DNA from: a bacterium
GTDB lineage: Bacteria > Patescibacteriota > Gracilibacteria > Peribacterales > Peribacteraceae
DNA: 64,000 nucleotides
Direction of reading: 5' to 3'
NCBI GenBank assembly: GCA_029558515.1
Contig: JAKQEM010000014.1
Coordinates: 5,759-69,758, forward strand
Shown: one piece after another, positions 1 to 11,773 of the stretch
Layout of the letters: every line of letters begins with the position of its first letter
Position numbering within the stretch: the stretch's first letter is position 1
Program-made: the position numbers and the translations under genes
Notes under the pieces: generated by a model
The model's input: the letters and a program-made list of their open reading frames with translations, nothing else
Told to the model about the DNA's origin: nothing
Databases searched by the model: none

Positions 1-2506
<2,506 letters not shown>

Positions 2507-2689
2507 AACGGAGGAATGGGAAGGAAATGGGGAATACGACAGTCCGCCACCCACCGCACGATTCCCCCTTGAGAAAGAGGAAATTCGAAACAGTCAGGCA
2601 GCGCTCACAACACAATCGTAGCCGCTGAAGACGGGGAAAGTGTAGGGGAGATGAAGATGATGTCAATGTCAGCAAGCCTTTCTGCGTCC

Positions 2690-2870
2690 TATTCCCCCAC
2701 CCCAACCCTCCCCCGCCACGCACCACCGACTCGCAGGGGGAGGGCGCAACCCTTCTGCTTTCAAATAATTTCTCCAATCAGAAAAAATCTCGTCTCCCCT
2801 CCCCCGGTAGTCGGCCGCGGCCGACGTGGCAAGCGGGTGTGGAGGGGGAGGGGTCGGGGGAGAGGGTATC
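2690..2870. repeat. GC-rich MITE-like element, long form (copy 1)
   Basis: Alignable along its length with 15270-15445. Shared blocks are CACCCCAACCCTC..CC, GGGAGGGCGCA.CCCT, ATCA.AAAAAATCTCG, GTCGGCCGCGGCCGACGTGGCAAGCGGGTGTGGAGGGGGAGGGG. It lies between the sod stop and the rpoB start. Confidence 0.8.
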
Positions 2871-2896
2871 CCCCGCAGGGCAGAGAGGTACAGGCT

Positions 2897-3499
2897 TCAG
2901 ACAGGGCCACTCAACCTCCTCCCCACCTCATCCCAATCGACCACGCTCCACCACGCAGCAATGTACTCCGGGCGGCGATTTTGGTAGTACAGATAGTACG
3001 CATGCTCCCAGACATCGAGACCCAGGATGGGCGCCATGCCAAGACTCAACGGACTGTCTTGATTGGGGAGACCGAGCACCTTCAGCTTGCCATTGTCACG
3101 GACCAGCCACGCCCAGCCGGATCCGAACTGCAACGTTGCTTTCTCACTAAACTGCGTCTTGAAATCCTGCACCGAGCCAAAGGCTTCCGTGAGCGCTCCG
3201 GCCACCTCCGCACTCGGCTCCGTCTGCTCCGGCGTCATCATCTGCCAGAAAAGCGTGTGATTGTGAAATCCTCCGCCGTGATTGCGAACGGCCGTGCGTT
3301 TGTCCTCGGGCACATCATCAAGATTGCGAAGAATGTCTTCGATCGGCATTTCTTCCCATTTGGTTCCTACGATCGCGGCATTGAGCTTGTCACAGTACGC
3401 CTGATGGTGCTTGGCGTAATGGATCTCCATGGTGCGCGCATCGATGTGCGGCTCCAGGGCATCGAAGGAATACGGCAGGGGGGAGAGGGAGAAGGGCAT
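2897..3499 (-). CDS. Fe/Mn-family superoxide dismutase
   Basis: The 200-aa ORF carries LPYSFDALEPHID..TMEIHYAKHH, FNHTLFW and DVWEHAYYL.YQNRRPEY motifs typical of the SodA/SodB family. Confidence 0.95.
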   Translation of the reverse strand: MPFSLSPLPYSFDALEPHIDARTMEIHYAKHHQAYCDKLNAAIVGTKWEEMPIEDILRNLDDVPEDKRTAVRNHGGGFHNHTLFWQMMTPEQTEPSAEVAGALTEAFGSVQDFKTQFSEKATLQFGSGWAWLVRDNGKLKVLGLPNQDSPLSLGMAPILGLDVWEHAYYLYYQNRRPEYIAAWWSVVDWDEVGRRLSGPV

Positions 3500-3648
3500 G
3501 GGCGAGGGAAGTGAGGGAGGTGAGAAAAGTGAGAAAAGGCAGGAAGGGCAGGAAGGGCGAAGGAATGAGGACGAAGATCAAATGGCAAAGGTCGAAACTG
3601 TATTGTATGACGTTGGGGAGAAGAATCAATGTCCGGCGAACAAATGTA

Positions 3649-3725
3649 CGTTACTTCGTTACTTCGTAGTATGGGATATGCTCTTTTCTGTGATTCGAGA
3701 TAACGAGATAACGAATCAACGAAAT
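3649..3725. repeat. oligomer-array hairpin (CGTTACTT x2 ... CGAGATAA x2)
   Basis: Imperfect inverted arms, each made of tandem 8-mers, in the divergent sod/femX spacer. Confidence 0.75.
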
Positions 3726-3750
3726 CCTCAACGCGTTCTATACTTCATCT

Positions 3751-4965
3751 ATGACTATCCGCCTGCTCTCCTCCCCCGCCGACCTCACCGCCTACAACGC
3801 CTGGGTTGCCGCCCATCCGCACGGCAGCCTGTGGCAGTCGGTGACATGGAAGAAGTTCCAGGAAGCGATCGGGCGCGAGGTGCGCATCTTTGCTGCATTC
3901 GATGAGGGAACGATACGAGCATCCGCGTTGGTCGTGATCGATAAGACGAGTTTTGGACTGAGTACGTGGGACATACCGCGCGGCCCTCTGGGGCCGGCGG
4001 AAATGCTAAATGCTAAATGCAAAATGCAAAATGATCCGGTGAAAGTGCTCTTGCAGACAATCGTTGATGATGCACGGAAGATGCGCAGTCTCAGTGTGTA
4101 CTATTCTCCTCAGCAACCATTGCTCATTTCTCATTTTGCATTTCGCATTCGCGCCTCAGCGCGACATGAGCAACCCGAAGCCACGCGCATCCTCGACCTG
4201 ACGCAAGCGGAGGAAGCGATCCTCGCGCAGATGCATCCCAAAGGAAGATACAACATCAAAGTGGCGCGGAAGCATGGCGTGCGCGTGGAACAATCGGCCG
4301 CGACCGATGCGAACTCCTTCGCATATCTCGCGCAGGAGACCGCCAAACGCGACGGGTTTCGGGCGCTTTCCGCCGCGCATTACCGGGCGTTTCTGGAGAA
4401 TGTGGAGGGGAGTTTCCTATTGATTGCGAGCGCACCCTTCCTCTCCCCCCCGGCCCCCCTCTCCACGGGAGAGGGGGGAGACAAGCCTTGTCCCCCCTTC
4501 CTCCCATGGAGGAAGGGGCCGGGGGATGGAGGAAAAGAACCTATCGCCGCCCTCATCGGCACCGTCTGGAACAAAACCGGTTATTACTATTACGGCGCAT
4601 CCGACTACGCGCACCGCAGCCTGATGGCCCCGTACCTCTTACAGTGGGAGGCGATGCGGTACTGCAAAGAGCGAGGATGTGAGAAGTATGATTTGCTGGG
4701 AATCGCCCCTCTCCCCCCTTCCCCCTCTCCACGGGAGAGGGGGGGGACCAATTTCGGTACCAGTCTCCCCTTCCTCCCGCTTGCCCTGAGCGTAGTCGAA
4801 GGGTGGAGGAAGGGGCCGGGGGATGGAGGTCATCCCTGGCAAGGAGTTTCTTCCTTCAAGGAAAAATTCGGCGGCACCGTCGTCTCCTATCCCCCGGAGC
4901 AGGAGATTTTGCTCCGGCCGATGCTGAAGAGAATGCTGGGGTGGAAGAGGAGGATGGTGGGGTAA
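3751..4965 (+). CDS. FemAB-family peptidoglycan interpeptide-bridge aminoacyltransferase (FemX/MurM-like) carrying in-frame repeat insertions
   Basis: Family-typical motifs are present: HPKGRYNIKVARKHGV, GYYYYGASDYAHRSLMAPYLLQWEAMRYCKERGCEKYDLLGI and SSFKEKFGG. The ORF is about 75 aa longer than the conserved blocks require because of two GC-rich palindromic inserts. Confidence 0.8.
   Translation: MTIRLLSSPADLTAYNAWVAAHPHGSLWQSVTWKKFQEAIGREVRIFAAFDEGTIRASALVVIDKTSFGLSTWDIPRGPLGPAEMLNAKCKMQNDPVKVLLQTIVDDARKMRSLSVYYSPQQPLLISHFAFRIRASARHEQPEATRILDLTQAEEAILAQMHPKGRYNIKVARKHGVRVEQSAATDANSFAYLAQETAKRDGFRALSAAHYRAFLENVEGSFLLIASAPFLSPPAPLSTGEGGDKPCPPFLPWRKGPGDGGKEPIAALIGTVWNKTGYYYYGASDYAHRSLMAPYLLQWEAMRYCKERGCEKYDLLGIAPLPPSPSPRERGGTNFGTSLPFLPLALSVVEGWRKGPGDGGHPWQGVSSFKEKFGGTVVSYPPEQEILLRPMLKRMLGWKRRMVG
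4001..4035. repeat. heptamer array AAATGCT AAATGCT AAATGCA AAATGCA AAATGAT inside femX-like ORF
   Basis: Five tandem 7-mers, translated as (E)MLNAKCKMQND. An inverted partner lies at 4123-4152. Confidence 0.85.
4123..4152. repeat. heptamer array CTCATTT CTCATTT TGCATTT CGCATTC inside femX-like ORF
   Basis: Reverse complement of the AAATGCA-type units at 4001-4035. Translated as LISHFAFRIR. Confidence 0.8.
4435..4532. repeat. GC-rich nested-palindrome element, short form, in frame inside femX-like ORF
   Basis: CCCCCGGCCCC-CCTCTCC-ACG-GGAGAGG-GGGGAGACAAGCCTTGTCCCCCC-TTCCTCC-CAT-GGAGGAA-GGGGCCGGGGG. Translated as PFLSPPAPLSTGEGGDKPCPPFLPWRKGPGDGG. Confidence 0.9.
4706..4829. repeat. GC-rich nested-palindrome element, short form with expanded loops, in frame inside femX-like ORF
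   Basis: Same modules as 4435-4532, with extra sequence in two loops. Translated as PLPPSPSPRERGGTNFGTSLPFLPLALSVVEGWRKGPGDGG. Confidence 0.85.
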
Positions 4966-5097
4966 CCCCCCGGCCCCTCCTGCCCTCTGGGGATTCCTCT
5001 CCCCCCCGGCCCCCCTCTCCGGTGGAGAGGGGGGAGACAAGCCTTGTCTCCCCTTCCTCCCATGGAGGAAGGGGCTGGGGGATGGAGGAAAAGGAGG
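4966..5097. repeat. GC-rich nested-palindrome element, short form, immediately after femX-like stop
   Basis: Near-identical to 4435-4532 (CCTCTCC-GGT-GGAGAGG variant). Confidence 0.9.
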
Positions 5098-5131
5098 AAG
5101 CACAGGAAGGGAGCCGAGGGGATGTAGGAAT

Positions 5132-5166
5132 AAAAAAAAAACCCCCTCTCTCGAGGGGGTTTTTTC
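5132..5166. terminator. bidirectional intrinsic terminator
   Basis: A10-CCCCCTC-TCTC-GAGGGGG-T6, between the convergent femX-like and S-layer genes. Confidence 0.8.
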
Positions 5167-5213
5167 GTCCCGTACGGGACCTAAAACTTCAGTGGAATGC
5201 TATGCGATGACGA

Positions 5214-8200
5214 TCAGTCAGCCATCAACGTGGAGAAGATCGTCGTTTCTGCGTTCTCAACCCAGAAGAAGGTCTCGTAGCCATCGGTCCACTTGATGTT
5301 GCCATCCGTGTCGGCAAACGCGTTCTCCGCCTGGTCGCTGAAGTTCGTAAGAGAAACCTGCAGCGAGGAGTTCGATGTATCAGTGACGTGGTTGTCATCG
5401 ACATCGGCCTCCAAGGAGAATGAAACAGACTGACCGCTCTTCACCTCTGTATCGAGGGACGTGCTGTCATCGCTGCAACGAACTTTCAGAGCACCGGTGG
5501 ACGCAGTTGCACTGGCGGTGCATTCAATCTTCGTCGTGGGCTGGTCGGTCCTGTACCACTTGAACTGTCCGCTGTCGAAGTCGATGTTCGTCGCCGCAAC
5601 CGTGAAGGTCACGCCCGTGAGGGTGGCGGAGTTCGTACCGCCCGCCGTGTTCGTGTTCGTCGGAGCCGTGAACTCGAAGCGAGCGATTTCCTGGTCGATA
5701 CCGCTCGGCAGAGCGCGAGCAGGCATCTTGTTCGCGATCGCAGAGAACTTGGCAAGCACGATGTCGTTGGCACTGCCCGTGATGCTGGTGCTGGTGGCAC
5801 TCGTGCGGTTGCCGAAGACCACTTCACCATCGGCAGTGTCGTCATTGTTGTTCACGCTCAGCTCGTTGCTGGACTGGACGCCCGTGGCGACGACGCCGCC
5901 GGAACCGGTCCAGAAGGTGACACCCGTCGACGAATTGGCGCCTAAGACATCGTTATTGACGCGGGGGCGCACCGTCAGAACAACCGGCGTGTCCTTCTTT
6001 ACAATGAGCTGGCTGGTGCCAAGGTTCACGCAGAAGACCGTTCCTTCATCCGCCAAGTTCGACACTGTCACCGTGCAGGGAGAGAGCGTCGCCAACTTGG
6101 TCGTCTCTGCATCCTTGAAGATCTCCAGTTGGGAGATGGCTGCTGCGGCATCTGCCGTCGCACCCGTCGCCGCAATGCGGATGGTATCCACACGGACGTC
6201 TTCATTCTGCGATGTCAGTTCCAGGCGGAGGACGGAGTCACCCAGCGTACCTGCCAGAATCTGGCGGGAACGCGGCTTGGTGTCTTCCTCCACGAACAGA
6301 TCACCCTGGTTCACGATGGTGTAGTTCTTACCGGCTGTCGTGTCCGGCGTCACCGTGATGCTGGATCCGGCATCTGCTTCCTCCATTTCCATGGCGTTCA
6401 TTTTGATTTGCAGCGCGTTCATATTCGGCGGATTGGAAGCGACATCTGCATGCACTTCGAAGATGACCGTTGCTTCCGCCGCCACTTCAAATCCTTTGCC
6501 GCCATTCAAATCATCAAACGTTACGGTTCCGCCGGAAGCGGAAGCCGCCACGCCCTTCTCGAGGATCGTATCGACGATGGTGTCACCGTCACTGTCCACC
6601 CACAGCGCGTAGTTCTGCGCGTTGAGCAGGTTGCCGGCGGCATCCTCGAAGGTGGCACTCGTCACCAGAGCATCGGAGGCCGCACCGGGCGTCACGTCAA
6701 ACCGGAGCAGGTTGATGTTCTGAGCCTTGCGCACCGTCGTTTCCGTCGCTCCGATGCTGCGCACCGCGACCGTCACCGTGGGAGCGACGATGATGTGCGT
6801 GCTTCCCGTCACGATGGAACCAGGGCGAATATCCGTGAGCGTCTTGCCCGTGGTCACGCCTTCCGCATCAACGTTTTGCAAAGGTGTGAAAGGAGCGCCA
6901 CATGCACCATCCTTGGTACAAATGGCGGCCTGGAAGCGGCTGTTGGCTACGACGCCGGTGATGAAGTCCACCGTCAATTCGAAGTTCTCCTGCTTCTCGA
7001 TGAGGAAATCATCGAAGCGGTAGATGTAGTAGCCTGCTGTGGAGCTCGCGCCGACCGCAGTCGCGGAGATGGAGCGGGCGGTCTTGGTGTTACGCAGCGT
7101 GACATCCTCCACATAAAGCGGGATATCCGCCGCCGTCTGCGCCGTTCCGGCGCTATCGGTATGATAGATCGCAACGAACAAATCACGAACGTCGACGGCT
7201 TCCGCACCCGGGGTGAAGATCACCTCGGCGAGCACTGCGTCATCACTGTCATCCGTGTACTTCTGCTGTGCGGGCCCATCGACCTCCACGGTCAACTGAC
7301 CTGCCTGCAGCGTCACGGGTGTCGCTGCGGGATCACCGTCTCTGGCAACCGGCGAACCGAAGAGCTGACCGCTCTTCCCCTTGCCGTACAGCGAACCGAC
7401 GACAAAGAGATCGGACAGTTCTTCGAGTTCAAACTTCACGGTATCGGCAGCGCCACCGACGGTGTCGGCGAGCACTTCGATGAGCAGGGTGTCTCCTGAC
7501 AAAATGACGCGGGGAGGATCGAACGTGAAGGTCACGTAGTCACCCGTTGTCGTCGCAACAGTGTTGCTCAGGACCGTGCCGTCCGTGCGCGCGAGGCGCA
7601 GGTTGGTCAGGTCGCCATCGGACGCCGTACCCGTCTGCTCCAGCGTGATGCTGTAGACAGCTTGGTCTTCATTGCTATCAGCGGCGAGTTCGAACTTCCC
7701 GACTTTCACTTTGCTCTCGCCGACATCCACGGTGGCGGGCGTCACGCTCTTGTACTCGAGCGTCACGGTCCCGGACGTCACGGCGGCAAGCTTGAAGGTG
7801 TTCCCGGCCATCGGGAAGCTTCCCGTCACTTCCTTCGCGTTGCTCTGGAAGTCGGTCTTCATTTCCACACCCAGGACGTGCTCGGCACCGGCAATCTTAT
7901 CGGTGGCGATGTCCGCGACGATATCGATCGTCTCAGAACGGCATGCCTGAATGGTCAGAGGATTCGTCAAACGCAAATCGGCCGTCTGATCATTGGTATC
8001 CAGCGATCGTCGGCGGGAGATGCGACCGCCATCCTTCGTCACGTAGACACCAAGGAGATCGGTCGTCAGTCCGTACCCGTCGTGCAAGACGGTGATCTCT
8101 TCGATCGTCACATCGTCATCGCAGGATGCCTCCAGATCCAGGCTCAGCATCACGACGCCGACTGCGCCCTGGGGCACTGTGTCGCCATCGGGGCTATCGG

Positions 8201-9194
8201 AAGCCACGGAGACTTCCAGGATGCCGTCACCCAGAACGATCTCCGTGTAACCGGAGAAGTCCATGGAGTCGGAAAAGGTCTCGCCGTCCGCCGCTTCCAT
8301 ATCGGTCACGGTGACGGTGTAGTCGCCGTCGGCATCGGTGGCCTCCGCGAGCGTGAGCTCGACGGTGGTGTCATCGACGACTTCGACAGACTCGACGTCG
8401 ATATCCGCGTCGCCGCTGATGGCGTAGCTGGCTGCCTCGGCAGCTGCTTCCTCATCCACGGCAACCGTGAAAGCGACTTCGATGACGTCCTCGGAGAGAG
8501 GCGTGACATCCTTGATGCCGGCCTCGGCGTCGCCGCCGCGCGCACAGTCCACACCGTAGGTGAGGTTCTGGTCCACGCGGTTGAGCATGACGACCATCTC
8601 GGCGCGGTTCATGTTGTCGCCGGGACGAGCGCGGCCCGTGGACTCATCGCCCTGCAGGACGCAGCTGTCGGCCGCCGTCTGCACGACGTCCGTGTACCAC
8701 TGTCCCGCGGGAACGTCCACGAAGGCGGGAGCGTCACCCGTCGCTTCCAGCGCGAATGCGCGAACGATGAGTGCCGCGGCCTCCGCGCGGTTGATGTTGG
8801 CGCCGGGTCGTGCGTTGCACGGCTTGGTGCCGGTGACATAACAGTCGTTGTCACCTTTGAGCCAGCCCTCCTTGGCTGCCTCTTCCATGTACCCGTAGTA
8901 CCATGCACCCGTCGCCACGTCGGCGAAGCTGGGGACGGCCGGGGGGGTGGAGAGAATTCCACCGTTGAGCTCAACGATGAGCTTGGTGAACTCCGCGCGG
9001 TTGGCGAGATCGCCGCCGCGGAAGCGGGTCTGGGTTGCGTCCAGGTAGCCGGCGTCCGTAAACGCTTCGACTGCCTCTTCGTACCAGACTCCTGCGGGAA
9101 CGTCGCTGTAGGCCGCAAATACGCTTCCCGCTTGGGTGAGCGCAATCGCCACGGCAGACATCCCTGCGAACAGTTTCTTCATGGAACTGGTCAT
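5214..9194 (-). CDS. SLH-domain S-layer-like giant surface protein
   Basis: Signal peptide MKKLFAGMSAVAIALTQAGSVFA is followed by three SLH-like repeats (YSDVP.G.WY...V....G, NRAEF/NRAEAAALIVRA). A Thr/Val/Asp-rich beta-type region of about 1100 aa follows. The start is placed at an internal ATG (9194, or 9182) just before the signal peptide. Confidence 0.8.
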   Translation of the reverse strand: MTSSMKKLFAGMSAVAIALTQAGSVFAAYSDVPAGVWYEEAVEAFTDAGYLDATQTRFRGGDLANRAEFTKLIVELNGGILSTPPAVPSFADVATGAWYYGYMEEAAKEGWLKGDNDCYVTGTKPCNARPGANINRAEAAALIVRAFALEATGDAPAFVDVPAGQWYTDVVQTAADSCVLQGDESTGRARPGDNMNRAEMVVMLNRVDQNLTYGVDCARGGDAEAGIKDVTPLSEDVIEVAFTVAVDEEAAAEAASYAISGDADIDVESVEVVDDTTVELTLAEATDADGDYTVTVTDMEAADGETFSDSMDFSGYTEIVLGDGILEVSVASDSPDGDTVPQGAVGVVMLSLDLEASCDDDVTIEEITVLHDGYGLTTDLLGVYVTKDGGRISRRRSLDTNDQTADLRLTNPLTIQACRSETIDIVADIATDKIAGAEHVLGVEMKTDFQSNAKEVTGSFPMAGNTFKLAAVTSGTVTLEYKSVTPATVDVGESKVKVGKFELAADSNEDQAVYSITLEQTGTASDGDLTNLRLARTDGTVLSNTVATTTGDYVTFTFDPPRVILSGDTLLIEVLADTVGGAADTVKFELEELSDLFVVGSLYGKGKSGQLFGSPVARDGDPAATPVTLQAGQLTVEVDGPAQQKYTDDSDDAVLAEVIFTPGAEAVDVRDLFVAIYHTDSAGTAQTAADIPLYVEDVTLRNTKTARSISATAVGASSTAGYYIYRFDDFLIEKQENFELTVDFITGVVANSRFQAAICTKDGACGAPFTPLQNVDAEGVTTGKTLTDIRPGSIVTGSTHIIVAPTVTVAVRSIGATETTVRKAQNINLLRFDVTPGAASDALVTSATFEDAAGNLLNAQNYALWVDSDGDTIVDTILEKGVAASASGGTVTFDDLNGGKGFEVAAEATVIFEVHADVASNPPNMNALQIKMNAMEMEEADAGSSITVTPDTTAGKNYTIVNQGDLFVEEDTKPRSRQILAGTLGDSVLRLELTSQNEDVRVDTIRIAATGATADAAAAISQLEIFKDAETTKLATLSPCTVTVSNLADEGTVFCVNLGTSQLIVKKDTPVVLTVRPRVNNDVLGANSSTGVTFWTGSGGVVATGVQSSNELSVNNNDDTADGEVVFGNRTSATSTSITGSANDIVLAKFSAIANKMPARALPSGIDQEIARFEFTAPTNTNTAGGTNSATLTGVTFTVAATNIDFDSGQFKWYRTDQPTTKIECTASATASTGALKVRCSDDSTSLDTEVKSGQSVSFSLEADVDDNHVTDTSNSSLQVSLTNFSDQAENAFADTDGNIKWTDGYETFFWVENAETTIFSTLMAD

Positions 9195-9763
9195 AGGAGT
9201 GTAAAGGATGAGAGAAATAAAAAAGGAGTACGTTTGGGTGTGCGATGTGGGGTTCCGTCGGATCCTTTGTGTTGTGGGGGAGGAATCGATCACTCGCCTC
9301 CTTACAACTAAAGAGAGAACACCGGATGCGGCGGCGCGCTTTGGCGCGATGGTTGATACGGAAAATGCACGATCGCCTTCTGCCTACTATAAGAAGGAAG
9401 AAAGGATGTGGAAACTCGCGACGGTCCACAGTCACGGGAACGTACGAGGGGCCGGTATGTGAATGATCCGTGCACAGATCCCACTGTCTTTCCGTACTGG
9501 CAAAAGAGGAGTGGAACCCGAGGATGCTACCGATGTGCCCTTGGTCACGGCAAGACATCGAAATCTCCTCGCGCACTCCCACAAACGCCCTCGTACCGCA
9601 CTCCGTTACGAGGCAAGAAAGAGCGACGGGACATTCTCGCAAGATAAATGGTCCAAATCGACAATGCATCAGTGGATTTCGCATGGGAAAATGATCAATT
9701 TTCTTATTCTCTCACGCAGCAACTTGTGTTGATGAAATGGGGAGTTGTGTTCTAAAAGTTTTC

Positions 9764-9950
9764 CCTCCTCACCATCCTCTCCTCACCCTCCCACCTCCTC
9801 ACCCCTATCCCCTCTCCTTCCCGCCTTCACGCCTGCAGGAGAGAGGGATGTTTGTGTTTTGTGGTTGTTTGTATCTGTTCACAAATCTTCTCCTCCCCCT
9901 CTCCAGTTGGCGTCGAGAAGGAATGGAGAGGGGGTCGGGGGGTGAGGAGA
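9764..9950. repeat. GC-rich MITE-like element, long form (TTTGTGTTTTGTG-centre subfamily)
   Basis: Termini are CCTCCTCACC...CTCCTCACCCCTATCCCCTCTCC and GGAGAGGGGGTCGGGGGGTGAGGAG. Alignable with 13471-13642. Confidence 0.85.
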
Positions 9951-9958
9951 AAAAAGCG

Positions 9959-11389
9959 TCACCTCCTCCTGACCACCACCTTCTTTCCTGTGATCTGCAC
10001 TGCGTACCCTTCCGCAATCAACCGATCGCGAATGGCATCCGACGCGGCGAAATCTTTCCGCGCGCGCGCATCCTCCATCTGCTTCACACGGTCGAGCACA
10101 TCCGCGGGCACTGTCTCCTCTTCAGGGTCGAAGCAGCCAAACGTCTCACGCACCATCTCCACAAAAGATTGTACAGACGTTCCGGTGGAACGTCTCTTCA
10201 TACAATCAAAGATCACCGCCAGCGCCGCAGGCGTATTCAGATCGCCGTCCATCGCGGAACGAAATGAATCGATGAACAATCGTACGTCGTCGGTTCCCTC
10301 GGAATCCTCGGTTGCCTCGGTTGCTTCGCTACTCATCATCCACTCCACAATCTTCATCCTCGCCTTCCGCGCATCCTCCATCCCCTTCCAGGTAAATTTC
10401 AAATTGGTGCGGTAGTGCACCGACAGTAAATAGTACCGGAGATCGAGCGGAGAAAATCCCTTCGCGATGATCTGATCGAGCGTGAGCACATTGCCCAGAC
10501 TCTTGCTCATCTTCTCTCCGGCGAGATCGATCCGTCGCTTGTGCACCCAGTACTTCACGAACGGTGATTTGCCGGACACCGCCTCGCTCTGCGCGATCTC
10601 ACACTCATGGTGCGGGAAGATGTTGTCCTCGCCGCCGGTGTGCAGATCGATCTGCTGTCCGAGAAGCGCCGCACTCATTGCACTGCACTCGATGTGCCAG
10701 CCAGGGAATCCGTCGGGCAATTGTTCTCCCGATGGTCCGAGGGGCGAACTCCACCGCAGCGCATGGTGCTCGTTTTGTCCCACGCAAAATTTCCACAGCG
10801 CGAAATCCGCCGGGTGCCGCTTGCCTTCATGCACCGCGATGCGCGCACCGCTCTTCACCGCATCGACTTTGTTTCCGGAAAGTTGTCCGTACTGAGGAAA
10901 GCGAGAGACATCATAATAGATGCCGTCTTCGGTGACATAGGCAATCTCCTTCCGTAGCAAATCCGCAATCATCTCCTTCATCTGTTCGGTGTACTCCGAT
11001 GCCCGCGGGCGCTCATCGGGCGGAAGAATGTTCAATAATTTTTCATCCGCAATGAATTGCTCCTCGTACCCGCGCGCGATCTTCAAAACCGTCTCGTGCG
11101 TCACCCTGCCATATTCCTCGCGCGCCTTCTTTTCAATTTTATCTTCTCCGCTGTCTCCGTCGGCAACCAAATGCCCCACGTCCGTGATGTTCATGACGTG
11201 CTTCACCTCATACCCGCTGACCCGTAACCACCGCTTGAGGAGATCGGCCAGAAGATAACTGCTGAAGTTCCCGATGTGCGCGCGACCGTAGACCGTGGGG
11301 CCGCAGGTGTACATGGTCACCGCGGGCGGGCGGGCGGGAGCGAAAACTTCCTCCTTCTTCGTGAGGGTATTGAAGAGATGCAGGGGCAT
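9959..11389 (-). CDS. cysS: cysteine--tRNA ligase
   Basis: Contains MYTCGPTVYGRAHIGN (HIGH-type motif), KMSKSLGN and a class I synthetase layout. Start placed at MPLHLFNTL. Confidence 0.95.
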   Translation of the reverse strand: MPLHLFNTLTKKEEVFAPARPPAVTMYTCGPTVYGRAHIGNFSSYLLADLLKRWLRVSGYEVKHVMNITDVGHLVADGDSGEDKIEKKAREEYGRVTHETVLKIARGYEEQFIADEKLLNILPPDERPRASEYTEQMKEMIADLLRKEIAYVTEDGIYYDVSRFPQYGQLSGNKVDAVKSGARIAVHEGKRHPADFALWKFCVGQNEHHALRWSSPLGPSGEQLPDGFPGWHIECSAMSAALLGQQIDLHTGGEDNIFPHHECEIAQSEAVSGKSPFVKYWVHKRRIDLAGEKMSKSLGNVLTLDQIIAKGFSPLDLRYYLLSVHYRTNLKFTWKGMEDARKARMKIVEWMMSSEATEATEDSEGTDDVRLFIDSFRSAMDGDLNTPAALAVIFDCMKRRSTGTSVQSFVEMVRETFGCFDPEEETVPADVLDRVKQMEDARARKDFAASDAIRDRLIAEGYAVQITGKKVVVRRR

Positions 11390-11529
11390 GGGGGTAGAAT
11401 AATGGGAAATAGGGAATGGAGTAAGAGGGAGATACAAAAAAAACGGCCCACCTCTCTTGGAGTGATGAGCCGTTGCCTGGAGAGACTATAGATTGATGAA
11501 CTCTCCGGGCGAAAAATTCGCGCCTTCCG

Positions 11530-11682
11530 CTAGTTCCACAGAAGGCGTTCCTCTTCGGCCGTGATGATCTCTGCGATCACCTCGGCCAGGAGTTCCATGG
11601 AGCATTGCGCTCCGGAACCCCTTTTTTGCAGCATTCGGAGGACGTCCTCCTCCAACGCTGCAAGGTCGATCCGTTCTTCCAT
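11530..11682 (-). CDS. hypothetical 50-aa acidic protein (MEERIDLAALEEDVLRMLQKRG...)
   Basis: Canonical SD GGAGGAAAAATC lies directly before the ATG, which is rare in this window. A TTGACG-15nt-TGgTACAAT promoter sits about 85 nt upstream. No homology recognised. Confidence 0.45.
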   Translation of the reverse strand: MEERIDLAALEEDVLRMLQKRGSGAQCSMELLAEVIAEIITAEEERLLWN

Positions 11683-11773
11683 GATTTTTCCTCCATGAAA
11701 GATCGACGCCGCGTCGGTCCCACCCATCCGTTGCGTGGGGTCGCGGTAGTGCTATTGTACCACATTTGAAATT

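Noticed and set aside
9300-9760. Candidate structured RNA gene (RNase P RNA, SRP RNA, 6S or tmRNA) in the long spacer upstream of the S-layer gene, and similarly in 11.86-13.7 kb.
   Set aside because: I could not find the conserved GAGGAAAGUCC / ACAGAACCCGGCUUA (RNase P), GGAAGCAGCC-type (SRP) or tRNA-like-end (tmRNA) signatures by eye. The question is left open for a covariance-model scan rather than called.
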